Origin: Tubulanus polymorphus
Taxonomy: Eukaryota > Animalia > Nemertea
Assembly: GCF_964204645.1 (NCBI RefSeq)
Contig: NC_134036.1
Location: 10,333,859 to 10,397,858, forward strand
DNA length: 64,000 bases
Direction of reading: 5' to 3'
The notes beneath the pieces were generated by a model. The model saw only the letters and a list, made by a program, of their open reading frames with translations. It did not search any database and was not told the DNA's origin. Every line of letters begins with the position of its first letter. Within the stretch, counting starts at the first letter, position 1. The translations under genes and the position numbers were made by a program. Shown here piece by piece: positions 23,790 to 36,700 of this stretch.

Positions 23790-24853
23790 TCTCATTTCAA
23801 CATGCGAAAATGAAAACTTTTTGGCAATCTTTCAATACAGCGTAAAATGGATATAAAAACAATGGTTTATTAAAACTGCACAGTTTCACTGGTCGTATTA
23901 AAACCAATTAGGCGTATGTGTTCAAAACATTAATGTATAGGCCTATTAATGTATATTATTCATCACATAGGAATCCCCGAATTGAGGGAAATCTATGATA
24001 GAATGTATTGTTATAACACAGGAAACCCAGAGTTAGATTGGTCTGATGGTAAAATCTATCATATGGATTATTATGTACTATAAGACAAATGACCCAATAG
24101 GTCGGTACAATCTATCATGTGGAATGTATTAGTTATTACACAGGAAACCAGCTGTTTCATGGACCCAATAGATAGGTTCAATCTATAAAATGTAATGGGC
24201 CCTATATCATTCATAGAAATATATTAATTTAATTGATTTAATGTATTTATATACATGCATCTACCCTAGATACATCTTCTGCCCAAAAACTGAGCTTGGT
24301 CAGAATCAACATGGTTGACTGGTGGCCTTTTTTGTTCGCTGAAATCAGCACTTTCTTACTCATTTTTGAAGTTTTCAAGGGAATTTTGAAGATTCTGATC
24401 AATTACCTTGATCTATCAGATTGTATACCCGAAGGGTGCATCGGCATGAGAGAAATTTTGGGTCAATCGGATGCAAGATGGCCGTCCTGTGACCTTTTAT
24501 CGTACCCAAAAAATGTCAATTTTGGTCTCAATTTCAACCACTACTCAATTGCTTATGCATGTTCATATTTTTAATTTTTACAGGAAGATGGACCACCGAG
24601 TTCGATACAAATTGGTGCGAAAGATGCCAATCAATCTGCAGTTGAATCACATAGAGAGAGTCTTATGACAGATATGAGTCGACTTTCCACAACCGATGGT
24701 AAATCAGTTTAGTTATTTCATACCTTTTTAGCCACATGAAATGGACTTAAGCGGGTTATCGCATCCGCTTTGTGTCATTGTCCCGAGCTTGACAGAATCC
24801 AGTTATTCTGATACATTTTGAAATCAGCACTTTTAGACATTGTTTGAACCTTT

Positions 24854-26024
24854 TTAGCCCACTTGGGACTTTAGTCCCAGTGGGCTATTGCGTTCACTTT
24901 TCGTCCATTGTCCGTCATAGCGTACGTCCGTCCGTAGACGGAATCCAGTTATTTTGGGAAGTTTTGAAGACGCTTCGATGTAATGTCTTGATATTTGGGT
25001 TACACATGTATCTACCCTAGACACATCTTCAGCCCCAAAACTGGCCCTGTCAGAATCAAGATGGCCGACTGGCAGCCATTGATGTTCGCCAAAATCAACA
25101 CTTTTTACACATTTTTTAACTTTTTGAGGGAACTTTTTGATCTTTCGGATGTATGTGAATCCCCCCAGGGCCCATCAGCATAACAAAAATTGGGTCGATC
25201 GAACTCAAGATGGCCATCCTATGACCTTTTTTAATGCCAAAAAATGTCAATTTTGGCCTGAATTCCGAGTCCTGTAGCTTCCTACTTGTTTGCCATTTCT
25301 CATTGCAATTTGTGATGGGTATTCTTAAGAAAGGGATGTTTTATACCTGAGACAGGTATTTTTGATCAGCCAATTATGACGCAATTGGCGGCCATCTTGG
25401 TGTCATCAGTACTCATTCCTAGGTGGGAAAAAAATTTTCCACATTATATTGATACCTAGGCGTATTTTGTTACCACAATCAATAAGAAAGTTGTAGCTCA
25501 TAACATGATCTATGATTGTGGTGAGTTTCAAGGTCATTGGTTTTGTATATGGCCCAGTGTGCATTGAATAATACAATATCTTTCCATATTATATTCGTAT
25601 CAATGCATATTTTGTAACCACAATCAATTGGAAAGTTGTAGCTCATGAAATCATCTATGATTGTGGCAAGTTTTAAGGACATTAGTTATTCTATATGGTC
25701 ACCAAGAGGCATTGAATAGTAGAATAACTTAGTATTTCCTTATATTGGTACCTAGGCTTATTTTGTTACCATGATCAATTAGAAAGTTTTAGTTCATGAC
25801 ATGTTCTATGATCTAGTATTTCCATATTAAATTGGTAACAAGGCATATTTTGTCATCACAATCCATGAAATCATTCCTCCTGACATGTACCATGATTGTG
25901 GTGAGTTTCAAGGCCATTGGTTTTTGTATATGGTCACCAGGGGGCGTTGAATATTGAAATTGTTAGATTGTTGAGCATACGGAAACATTTCTCAAGTGGG
26001 CATGGTGTCCCTGGACCCCTAGTT
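24854..26024 (+). mobile_element. Helentron/DINE-1-like element, full copy
   Basis: Same termini and internal structure as 22351-23789. Confidence 0.85.
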
Positions 26025-26410
26025 CAAGTTTTCATGGGAAATATTGAAAACGCTTCGATCATTTATCTCAATTTCTCTCATTCGCAGTAAATAACTTGGC
26101 CTCATGACTTGCTCTAACATGAATTGCCCTAAGATTGTGGTGAGTTTCTAGGCATTGTTTATGTTCACCGGTGGCGTAAATTAGCCGAAGAATATGGTAC
26201 TACAGTATATTAGTACCTAGACATATGACGTTGTTACCACAAACAATTGCATGTTGTGCCAGTGCATGAAATGCCCTATGGTAATGGTGATTCTTGACAT
26301 TTCCAGATTGTTCAGTATTTCACCAAGTACTAACTAATCACCTTGAAGGACCCATTATGTTTGTTAAAGTCTATCATGCTGAATATAAAATATTTATCAC
26401 ATAGGAATCC

Positions 26411-29400
26411 CCCAGTTTGAGGGAAATCTATGACAGAATGTATTATTATAACACAGGAAACCCACAGTTAGATTGGTCTGGTAAAATCTATCATATGGAT
26501 TATTATGTACTATAAGACAAAGGACCCAATAGGTCGGTACAATCTATCATGTGGAATGTATTAGTTATTACTCAGGAAACCAGCTGTTTGATGGACCCAA
26601 TAGATAGGTACAATCTATAAAATGTAATAGGCCCATTATCATTTATAGAAATATATTAATGTAATTGATTTAATGTATTTATATACATGTATCTACCCTA
26701 GATACATCTTCTGCCCAAAAACTGAGCTTGGTCAGAATCAACATGGTTGACTAGTGGCCATTTTTGTTCGCTGAAATCAGCACTTTCTTACTCATTTTTG
26801 AAGTTTTCAAGGGAATTTTGAAGATTCTGATTAATTACGTTGATCTATCAGATTCTATACCCGAAGGGTGCATCGGCATGAGAGAAATTTTGGGTCAATC
26901 GGACGCAAGATGGCCGTCCTGTGACCTTTTTTCGTACCCAAAAAATGTCAATTTTTGTCTCAATTTCAACCACTACTCAATTGCTTATGCATGTTCATAT
27001 TTTTAATTTTCACAGGAAGATGGACCACAGAGTTCGATACAATTGGTGTGAAAGATTCCAATCAATCCGCAGTTGAATCATATAGAGAGAGTCTTATGAC
27101 AGATACGAGTCAACTTTCCGCAACTGATGGTAAATCAGTTTAGTTATTTCATACCTTTTTAGCCCACTAGGGACTTTAGACCGAAAGTCGATTATTTGGG
27201 ATATTTCTCTAAAACTTTTGAACACATTGTAAGCCTACCTGAATTTAGCTTCATACTACCAGTGAAACTGTTATATTGGGGGTTGACTGTAAATCAATTT
27301 TGACAATATGTTTCCGTGCTTACCATTTGAAATTATAATCAAATCATCAAAAATCAATGGTTCGTAGGCATGGAAACTCAGGACGCATATTGTTAGAATT
27401 TCAAAAATGGCTTATTTTTTCTCATTTCAACATGCGAAAATGAAAACTTTTTGGCAATCCTTCAATACAGCGTAAAATGGATATAAAAACAATGGTTTAT
27501 TAAAACTGCACGGTTTCACTGGTCGTATTAAAACCAATTAGACGTATGTGTTCAAAACATTAATGTATATTAATGTATATTATTCATCACATAAGAATCC
27601 CCGAATTGAGGGAAATCTATTATAGAATGTATTGTTTTAACACAGAAAACCCACAGTTAGATTGGTCTGGTAAAATCTATCATGTGGATTATTATGTACT
27701 ATAAGACAAAGGACCCAATAGGTCGGTACAATCTATCATGTGGAATGTATTAGTTATTACACAGGCAACCAGCTGTTTGATGGACCCAATAGATAGGTAC
27801 AATCTATAAAATGTAATAGGCCCATTATCATTTATAGAAATATATTAATGTAATTGATTTAATGTATTTATATACATGTATCTACCCTAGATACATCTTC
27901 TGCCCAAAAACTGAGCTTGGTCAGAATCAACATGGTTGACTGGTGGCCATTTTTGTTCGCTGAAATCAGCCCAGTTTGAGGGAAATCTATGACAGAATGT
28001 ATTGTTATAACACAGGAAACCCACAGTTAGATTGGTCTGGTAAAATCTGTCATATGGATTATTATGTACTATAAGACAAAGGGCCCAATAGGTCGGTACA
28101 ATCTATCATGTGGAATGTATTAGTTATTACACAGGAAACCAGCTGTTTGATGGACCCAATAGGTAGGTACAATCTATAAAATGTAATAGGCCCATTATCA
28201 TTTATAGAAATATATTAATGTAATTGATTAAATGTATTATTATACATGTATCTACCCTAGATACATCTTCTGCCCAAAAACTGAGCTTGGTCAGAATCAA
28301 CATGGTTGACTAGTGGCCATTTTTGTTCGCTGAAATCAGCACTTTCTTACTCATTTTTGAAGTTTTCAAGGGAATTTTGAAGATTCTGATTAATTACCTT
28401 GATCTATCAGATTCTATACCCGAAGGGTGCATCGGCATGAGAGAAATTTTGGGTCAATCGGACGCAAGATGGCCGTCCTGTGACCTTTTTTCGTACCCAA
28501 AAAATGTCAATTTTTGTCTCAATTTCAACCACTACTCAATTGCTTATGCATGTTCATATTTTTAATTTTCACAGGAAGATGGACCACAGAGTTCGATACA
28601 ATTGGTGTGAAAGATTCCAATCAATCCGCAGTTGAATCATATAGAGAGAGTCTTATGACAGATACGAGTCAACTTTCCGCAACTGATGGTAAATCAGTTT
28701 AGTTATTTCATACCTTTTTAGCCCACTAGGGACTTTAGACCGAAAGTCGATTATTTGGGATATTTCTCTAAAACTTTTGAACACATTGTAGGCCTACCTG
28801 AATTTAGCTTCATACTACCAGTGAAACTGTTATATTGGGGGTTGACTGTAAATCAATTTTAACAATATGTTTCCGTGCTTACCATTTGAAATTATAATCA
28901 AATCATCAAAAATCAATGGTTCGTAGGCATGGAAACTCAGGACGCATATTGTTAGAATTTCAAAAATGGCTTATTTTTTCTCATTTCAACATGCGAAAAT
29001 GAAAACTTTTTGGCAATCCTTCAATACAGCGTAAAATGGATATAAAAACAATGGTTTATTAAAACTGCACGGTTTCACTGGTCGTATTAAAACCAATTAG
29101 ACGTATGTGTTCAAAACATTAATGTATATTAATGTATATTATTCATCACATAGGAATCCCCGAATTGAGGGAAATCTATTATAGAATGTATTGTTTTAAC
29201 ACAGAAAACCCACAGTTAGATTGGTCTGGTAAAATCTATCATGTGGATTATTATGTACTATAAGACAAAGGACCCAATAGGTCGGTACAATCTATCATGT
29301 GGAATGTATTAGTTATTACACAGGCAACCAGCTGTTTGATGGACCCAATAGATAGGTACAATCTATAAAATGTAATAGGCCCATTATCATTTATAGAAAT

Positions 29401-29528
29401 ATATTAATGTAATTGATTTAATGTATTTATATACATGTATCTACCCTAGATACATCTTCTGCCCAAAAACTGAGCTTGGTCAGAATTAACATGGTTGACT
29501 GGTGGCCATTTCTGTTTGCTGAAATCAG
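26411..29528 (+). repeat. Recent tandem duplication, 2 x 1559 bp
   Basis: Units start at 26411 and 27970; ORF pairs 26764/28323 and 26955/28514 are offset by 1559. Confidence 0.9.
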
Positions 29529-29545
29529 CACTTTCTTACTCATTT

Positions 29546-30812
29546 TTAGCCCACTTGGGACTTTAGTCCCAGCGGGCTATTGCGTTCACTTTTCGTCCGT
29601 CGTCTGTCCGTCCGTCTGTAGACGGAATCCAGTTATTTTGGGAAGTTTTGAAGACGCTTCAAGGTAACGTCTTGATATTTGGGATACACATGTATCTACC
29701 CTAGACACATCTTCAGCCCAAAAACTGGCCCTGTCAGAATCAAGATGGCCGACTGGCAGCCATTGTTGTTCGCCAAAATCAGCACTTTTTACACATTTTT
29801 GATCTTTTTGAGAGAAATTTTGAAGACGCTTCGATCAATTACCTTGATCTTTCGGATATATGTGAATCCCCCCAGGGCCCATCAACATAACAAAAGTTGG
29901 GTCGGTCGGACTCGAGATGGCCGTCCTATGACCTTTTTAGTGCCCAAAAATGTTAATTTTTGCCCGAATTCTGAGTCCTGTAGCTTCCTACTGGTTTGCC
30001 ATTTCTCATTGCAATTTGTGATGGGTATTCTTTGGAAAGGGATGTTTTATACCTGAGACAGGTATTTTTCATCAGCCAATTATGACGCAATTGGCGGCCA
30101 TCTTGGTCTCACCAGTACTCATTCGTAAATGGGAAAAAGTTTTTCCACATTATATTGATACCTAAGCGTATTTTGGTACCACATTCAATTAGAAAGTTGT
30201 AGCTCATAACATGTTCTATGATTATGGTGTGTTGCAAGGTAATTAGATTTTGTATATGGCCACCAGGGGGCGTTGAATAATACAATATCTTAGCATTTCT
30301 TTATTATATTTGTACCTATGTATATTTTGTAACCACAATCAATTGGAAAGTTGTAGCTCATGACATCATCTATGATTGTTGTGAGTTTTAAGGACATTAG
30401 TTTTTCTATATGGTCACCAGGGCGCGTTGAATAGTAGAATAACTAAGTATTTCCTTATTATATTGGTACCTAGGCATATTTTGTTACCATGATCAATTGC
30501 AAAGTTGTAGTTCATGACATGTTCTATGATTGTGGTAAGTTTTGATGTCATTGGGTTTTGAATATGGTCTCCAGGGGGCGTTGAATAGTAGAATAACTTA
30601 GTATTTCCATATCAAATTGGTAACGAGGCATATTTTGTTATCACAATCAATTACAAAATCGTAGCTGCTGACATGTTCTATGATTGTGGTGAGTTTCAAG
30701 GTCATTGGTTTTTGTATATGGTTGCCAGGGGGCGTTGAATATTGAAATTGTTAGATTGTTGAGCATTTGGAACCACTTCCCAAGTGGGCATGGTGTCCCT
30801 GGACCCCTAGTT
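29546..30812 (+). mobile_element. Helentron/DINE-1-like element inserted into the core of a related older copy
   Basis: Flanks rejoin as CTTACTCATTTTT|GAAGTTTTCAAGG, the uninterrupted sequence at ~26790 and ~28350. Confidence 0.85.
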
Positions 30813-31559
30813 GAAGTTTTCAAGGGAATTTTGAAGACTCTGATCAATTACCTTGATCTATCAGATTGTATACCCGAAGGGTGCATCGGCATGAGAGAAA
30901 TTTTTGGTCAATCGGACGCAAGATGGCCGTCCTGTGACCTTTTTTCGTACCCAAAAAATATCAATTTTGGTCTCAATTTCAACCACTACTCAATTGCTTA
31001 TGCATGTTCATATTTTTAATTTTCACAGGAAAATGGACCACCAAGTTCGATACAATTGGTGTGAAAGATTCCAATCAATCCGCAGTTGAATCACATAGAG
31101 AGAGTCTTATGGTAGATATGAGTCAACTTTCCGCAACCGATGGTAAATCAGTTTAGTTATTTCATACCTTTTTAGCCCACTAGGGAACGAAAGTCAATTT
31201 TTTTGGGATATTTCTCTAAAACTTTTGAACACATACCTGAATTTGATCTTCATACTACCAGTGAAACTGTTATATTGGGGGTTGACCGTAAATCAATTTT
31301 AACAATATGTTTCCGCGCCTACCATTTGAAATTATAATCAAATCATCAAAAATCAATGGTTCGTAGGTATGGAAACTCAGGACGCATATTGTTAGAATTT
31401 CAAAAATGGCTTATTTTTTCTCATTTCAACATGCGAAAATGAAAACTTTTTGGCAATCCTTCAATACAGTGTAAAGTGGATATAAAAACGATGGTTTATT
31501 AATACTGCGCAGTTTGACTGGTCGTATTAAGGGTGCTCCTATCCCTTAATTATCAAAAT

Positions 31560-32228
31560 TTTCCATTTTCGACATGATATTGATACCTAAACATATTGTA
31601 TTACCACAATCTATTGAAAGTTGTAGCTCATAAGGTGTTCTATGATTTTGGTTAGCTTCAAGGTCATCGGTTTTTGTATATGGTCACCAGGGGGCGTTAA
31701 ATAATACAATAACTTAGTATTTCTATATTATGTCTGTACCTATGCATATTTTGTTACCACAATTAATTGCAAAGTTATAGCTCATGACATCGTCTATGTA
31801 TGTGGTGAGTTTTAAGGACATGAGTTATTATATATGGTCACCAGGGGCGTTGAATAGTAGAATAACTTAGTATTTCCTTATAGATTGGTATCTAGGCATA
31901 TTTTGTTACCATGATCAATTGCAAAGTTGTAGTTCATGACATGTTCTTTGATTGTGGTGAGTTTCGAGGTCATTGGGTTTTGCATATGGTCACCAGGGGG
32001 CATTGAATAGTAGAATAACTTAGTATTTCCATATTAAATCGGTAACGAGGCATATTTTGTTATCACAATCAATTACAAAATCGTAGCTGTTGACTTATTC
32101 TAATTGATTGTGGTGAGTTTCAGGGTCATTGGTTTTTGTATCTGGTTACCAGGGGCGCTGAATATTGAAATTGTTAGATTGTTGAGCATTTGAAACTACC
32201 TGGCATGGTGTCACTGGACTGTTAGTTT
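31560..32228 (+). mobile_element. 5'-truncated Helentron-like copy (tandem repeats and 3' end)
   Basis: TATGGTCACCAGGGGGCGTTGAAT units and a degenerate 3' hairpin. Confidence 0.7.
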
Positions 32229-33570
32229 ACTTATTTTTGAAGTTTTCATGGGAAATTTTGAGGACACTCTACTTGATCTATCAGATTGTATTCCTGAAGG
32301 GTGCGTCAGCATGAGAGAGATTTTGGGAAAATCGGATACAAGATGGCCGTCCTGTGACCTTTTTGTACCAAAAAATGTGACGTTATTACCACAAGAAATT
32401 GCAAGTTGTGCCAGTGCATGAAATGCTCTATCGTAATGGTAATTCTTGACATTTGCAGATTGTCAGGTATTTCACCAAGTACTTACTAATCACCTTGAGG
32501 GACCCAATATGTTTGTTAAAGTCTATATTCATACTGAATATATATTATTTTTCACATGCCCCGTTTGAGGGAAATCTATGATAGAATGTATTTATAACAC
32601 AGTAAACCCAAAGTTAGATTGGTCTGGTCAAATCTATCATATGGATTATTTTGTATTATTAGGGCCCAACAGGTCGGTACAAACTATCATGTGGAATGTA
32701 TTAGTTATTACAGAGGAAACCATCTGTTTGATTGACCCAATAGATAGGTACAATCTATAATCTATAATCTATAAAATGTAATAGGCCCTATAACATTTAT
32801 AAAAATATATTAATGCAATTGATATAATTTATTTATATACATGTATCTACCCTAGATACACTTTTTTACAAAATACTAGCTTAGTCAGAATCAACATGGT
32901 TGACTGGCGGCCATTTTTTGTTTGCTGAAATCAGCATTTTTTACTTATTTTTGAAGTTTTCAAGGGAAATATTGAGGACACTCTGCTTGATCTATCAGAT
33001 TGCATTCCTGAAGGGTGCGTCAGCATGAGAGAGATTTTGGGTCAATCGGATGCAACATGGCCGTCCTGAGTTTCAAGGTCACATGAGCAATTGTAATTTA
33101 AAACATAACCAATACATATTCTTCAGATTATTCTCGGGTCGAAATTCAATATTATGATGTAGTGCAAAGTTGCAGATTATGTCCCTATGAACATGTACAT
33201 CAAGTTTTACAGGGATGCATTATTCATCATGGCCACCAAGCAGTGCTAAATATCAATGGTTGAAATTAACCGTAATAACATTTGAAAGCAGTTTAGTTTT
33301 ACTAGTATATCATAAAGAATATATAAAGTTTAAAGGTCATACCTTTTTCGATATGCTGCCAGGCTGAGGCGATGTTTAATATACATACAATATAATAGTG
33401 CACTTCCCGAGTTTCAATGTCACAATTTTGATATCCCTACCCAGGTAGCTTACTTTCAAAAAGGTTAATTTAAATAGCTCAAGTACCTGAACAAGTAGTG
33501 CCTCCCACTTTGACTGTGCACGTATGTTTTATATAATTTGACGGGTCATGTATTCAAATTGGTCAATTAA

Positions 33571-33778
33571 GGGAAAAAATGATACCTTGTTTCTCCGCTC
33601 TACCTAGCTTAAAGTTAATTTACCCTGCAGCCTATCTACCCAGTACATTATTTTTCTAATCACTATCAGGCATACAATTATAGACCCTGCAGCTATAGAA
33701 ATGAACTGATTACAAATTTTATAGGAATTTACACTATTTCCCGGCAGCTGCAGAGAAACAAAGTATCATTTTTTAACC
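33571..33778. mobile_element. MITE, possibly Kolobok-like; related copy at ~53318-53515
   Basis: AAAAAATGATACCTTGTTTCTC ... GAGAAACAAAGTATCATTTTTT; TTAA on the left, TAAA on the right. Confidence 0.55.
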
Positions 33779-36700
33779 TAAACCAAATATAGAAATAAAT
33801 GAATTTTCTTTCTTTTAATAGGCAGAATGAAAACACGAAGGCGCTGGTCATCAGATGAAGATAAAATATTTCATACGATCTTGCATTCGTTCCAACAGAA
33901 TGGCTTATTGTGAACTTTTGGACGAAGCCACTAAAATGCTGACAAAGAAAATTATAAAAAAGAGAAAGATTCCAAATAAACTTATAATGATGTATAATCC
34001 AAGTGTTTGTGTTAAATTCACAGGCTTTACCCAAATATCGATTTGATTTTTCTAGGAACCGTATACACATTAGACTGCGCTAAACTTGGATAATTCCTAA
34101 TTATTGATGTATAGACAAACATGAGATCAAAATTGAACTGATCCCGATTAGCCAATGATAACAATTGAAACCTATTCAATTCTCAACCCCTTCTGACAAA
34201 GTTTGATTTAAACTTTGTCAGATGGGGTGGATATAGGTTTCGATAATACAAGACATAGTGGAATTATAGGATTAAGGCCTACGTGTATGCGCAAGCACTC
34301 TTCGATTTTGAAGGATAAACTACATGTATATTGATGACTATGCTGAGTTGATTTAGTAATTTGGTGAATTCAAAGGAAGGAACAGTGCAGGGACATCCTC
34401 ACATTGCCAAACGTTTCCATGTGGATATGCAGCGGCACTTGAATATGCCATATTACATGAATCCATACATCCCTTCCATTCTCTTGGATTTATGCCAATG
34501 CAGTACCGTGAAAACAGAAAATAAAACAATTATTTCACAGGAAACCACTTAGAATGGTCTATTAAAGTCTTCCATATGGGTATCGGAATGTATAAGTTTG
34601 ATATAAGACCATATTTGACCCAATAGATCGGTACAATCATGTATCATGTGATATATATTAGTTACTACAGAAAACCAACTGTTTGATGGACCCAACAGAT
34701 AGGTACAAATATCAAAAGAAATATATTAGTTATTACTGAGGGCCCCAATATGTCTGTTTAATATTATCTCATAAGCTCAACAGTTTGAAACGGGGGAAAT
34801 CGTATGATATGAAATGAGAGACTACGTAGAAAAAACCAGTGCCTGTGGCTACCAGTCGACAATTTCTAAATTAATTTTCCAGTGCGATTTGGTTTCGTAC
34901 AATTGAGAGACTACTTTTTTCAGTAGGGCATTTTTTGGATCACATCACTGGAAATTGGCTTGTGCTTTTGGGCCCCTTCGTTGGTTATCTACAAATGTTT
35001 CATATAAGCTATCGACCACAATGCTGACACCGTGATGGTCAGAAACTGACCAATTGAGATATGATCCCCGAGTCTGAACGATTCAGACTTCGAATACCGG
35101 AAATTTCTCAAGCCATGTTTGTTTACAAACTACCAAGTATTCATCATTGCAAATTCATAAGCTGACCAACACTGACCACTACTGACGAATTACAATTTCA
35201 CGAACATGAGAACGCTATATCGCGTTTGGTGTGAAACTAGAAAAGATTCGCCATTGAAGATTCATAAATTGACCATTGACCACCAATGACCAATTCAAAA
35301 AGAATAAGATCACAATACAATGATTTACCCCAACTTTCATCCAATCAGCACGATACCATTTAATTGAATCATTAAACGCATTGGGCTTCTGATATTTGAA
35401 ATCATTTGTTACAATGAAGTTGATCCTAAGACTTGATCACCTGCGCTACAGAAAACGTACAAGACGAAATTTTAAGATTGTAAAATCCGATTAGGTGATC
35501 GTCATTATGACGACAGCTCCATCACTGTAATTCTTAAGAGATTAGAACCACTTCTGGGTCGTCACTACAATTAAACTTTGACTCGAAATAATGTTTAATT
35601 TACTAATTTGAATAAGCAGTTCAAACTTGGGACTCATAAGGTGATGACCCAATAGACCTGTACATAATGTTTCCGCAGTTTGAGGCACCCAATAAGTCTG
35701 TTAAATCTATGGAATATATAATTTTTAGTATGAAACCATATAGGTCCCAATAGGTAAGTAAAGTCTACCATATGAATATATATAAAATTATGTACCGTAC
35801 AGTAATATCAGGATACACAGCCGACATCGGGGATTCGTGATTAAATATTCACATCTTAGATGAATTCTAGAGGCCATAAGAGCTAATTTTGACCACTTTG
35901 ACCAATTTTCTAGATGCCATAAGAGCTAATTTTTTTAAAAATACATTTTCTTTTCTTCCAAATTTCCTAGATCCGCCTGGTAATGAAAATGTCATCTTAG
36001 GTACCGGGTATACGATTGATACTATTGAGTCAAAACTTCATCAAAATCGAAAACAAATGGTTCAATTGGATCGAAGATTTAGATTTGTTTAAATCCGTTT
36101 ACTGGGCAACTTTCATGAAAAAAACCTGCCTGGTTCAGTGCGGCCGCCTACCGTAAACACTTGTTTTTCTGGTCATTCCACCTGATGATGGCTGTGGTTT
36201 CATAGTAATAAATTTGATCGTATAATTTTAAATTTGAAGTGTAGGATTTCTTCATTTATCTACAGTATACACGGATTATAGTGTTTATTCGACATATATT
36301 AAGCAATCCTTTAATTAGCTAAGACTATCTCAGTGGTTATTATTGTGGCATTTCACTGTCAAAGGGCTATGCTTACAACAACTTAAATTGGACAGCTCAT
36401 ATATGACCAAACTCAAACTTGTTCTTGTTGCATGTGGCCCGTACACAGAAAATCCCAACTGCTTTAAATATCACCGTATTTGTGCCTCAGAACAAAATGC
36501 TGCTGTTTGCAATTCGGACTAATTTGATACTCCCCCCCCCTTAAATGCAGAATAACATTTATTATGGCGTCTTGGGTTATTCAATTATTGGTGCGGCATG
36601 TCGCTTTACGGTCGCAGGTGGCACGTCCCTGATCGAGTAGCTAGGCGTTCGCGTTCGGTATTTTTGAAAAGCGTCGTCTGTTTGCGAGGCCGGTGGTGTA

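Larger units (their letters stand above)
21008..33070 (+). repeat. ~12-kb mosaic of duplicated modules (Helentron core fragments, GACCCAATAG module, AT-rich spacers)
   Basis: GAGGGAAATCTAT module recurs at ~21350, 23985, 26420, 27610, 27980, 29170 and 32570; near-identical spurious ORFs recur. Confidence 0.9.

Noticed and set aside
21885-31089. Recurrent short ORFs (MGYTCIYPRH..., MFAEISTF..., MSQFQPLL...)
   Set aside because: Recur only because the non-coding repeat is duplicated; stops and frames differ between copies
33840-34050. Possible Penelope-like RT C-terminal relic (AYCELLDEATKMLTKKII)
   Set aside because: Similarity too short and weak to support by eye
36175-36215. Hammerhead-ribozyme-like core CTGATGA plus partial stem II (similar CTGAAGA on the minus strand at ~44118)
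   Set aside because: The essential GAAA and stem III are absent; at most decayed Penelope-type relics
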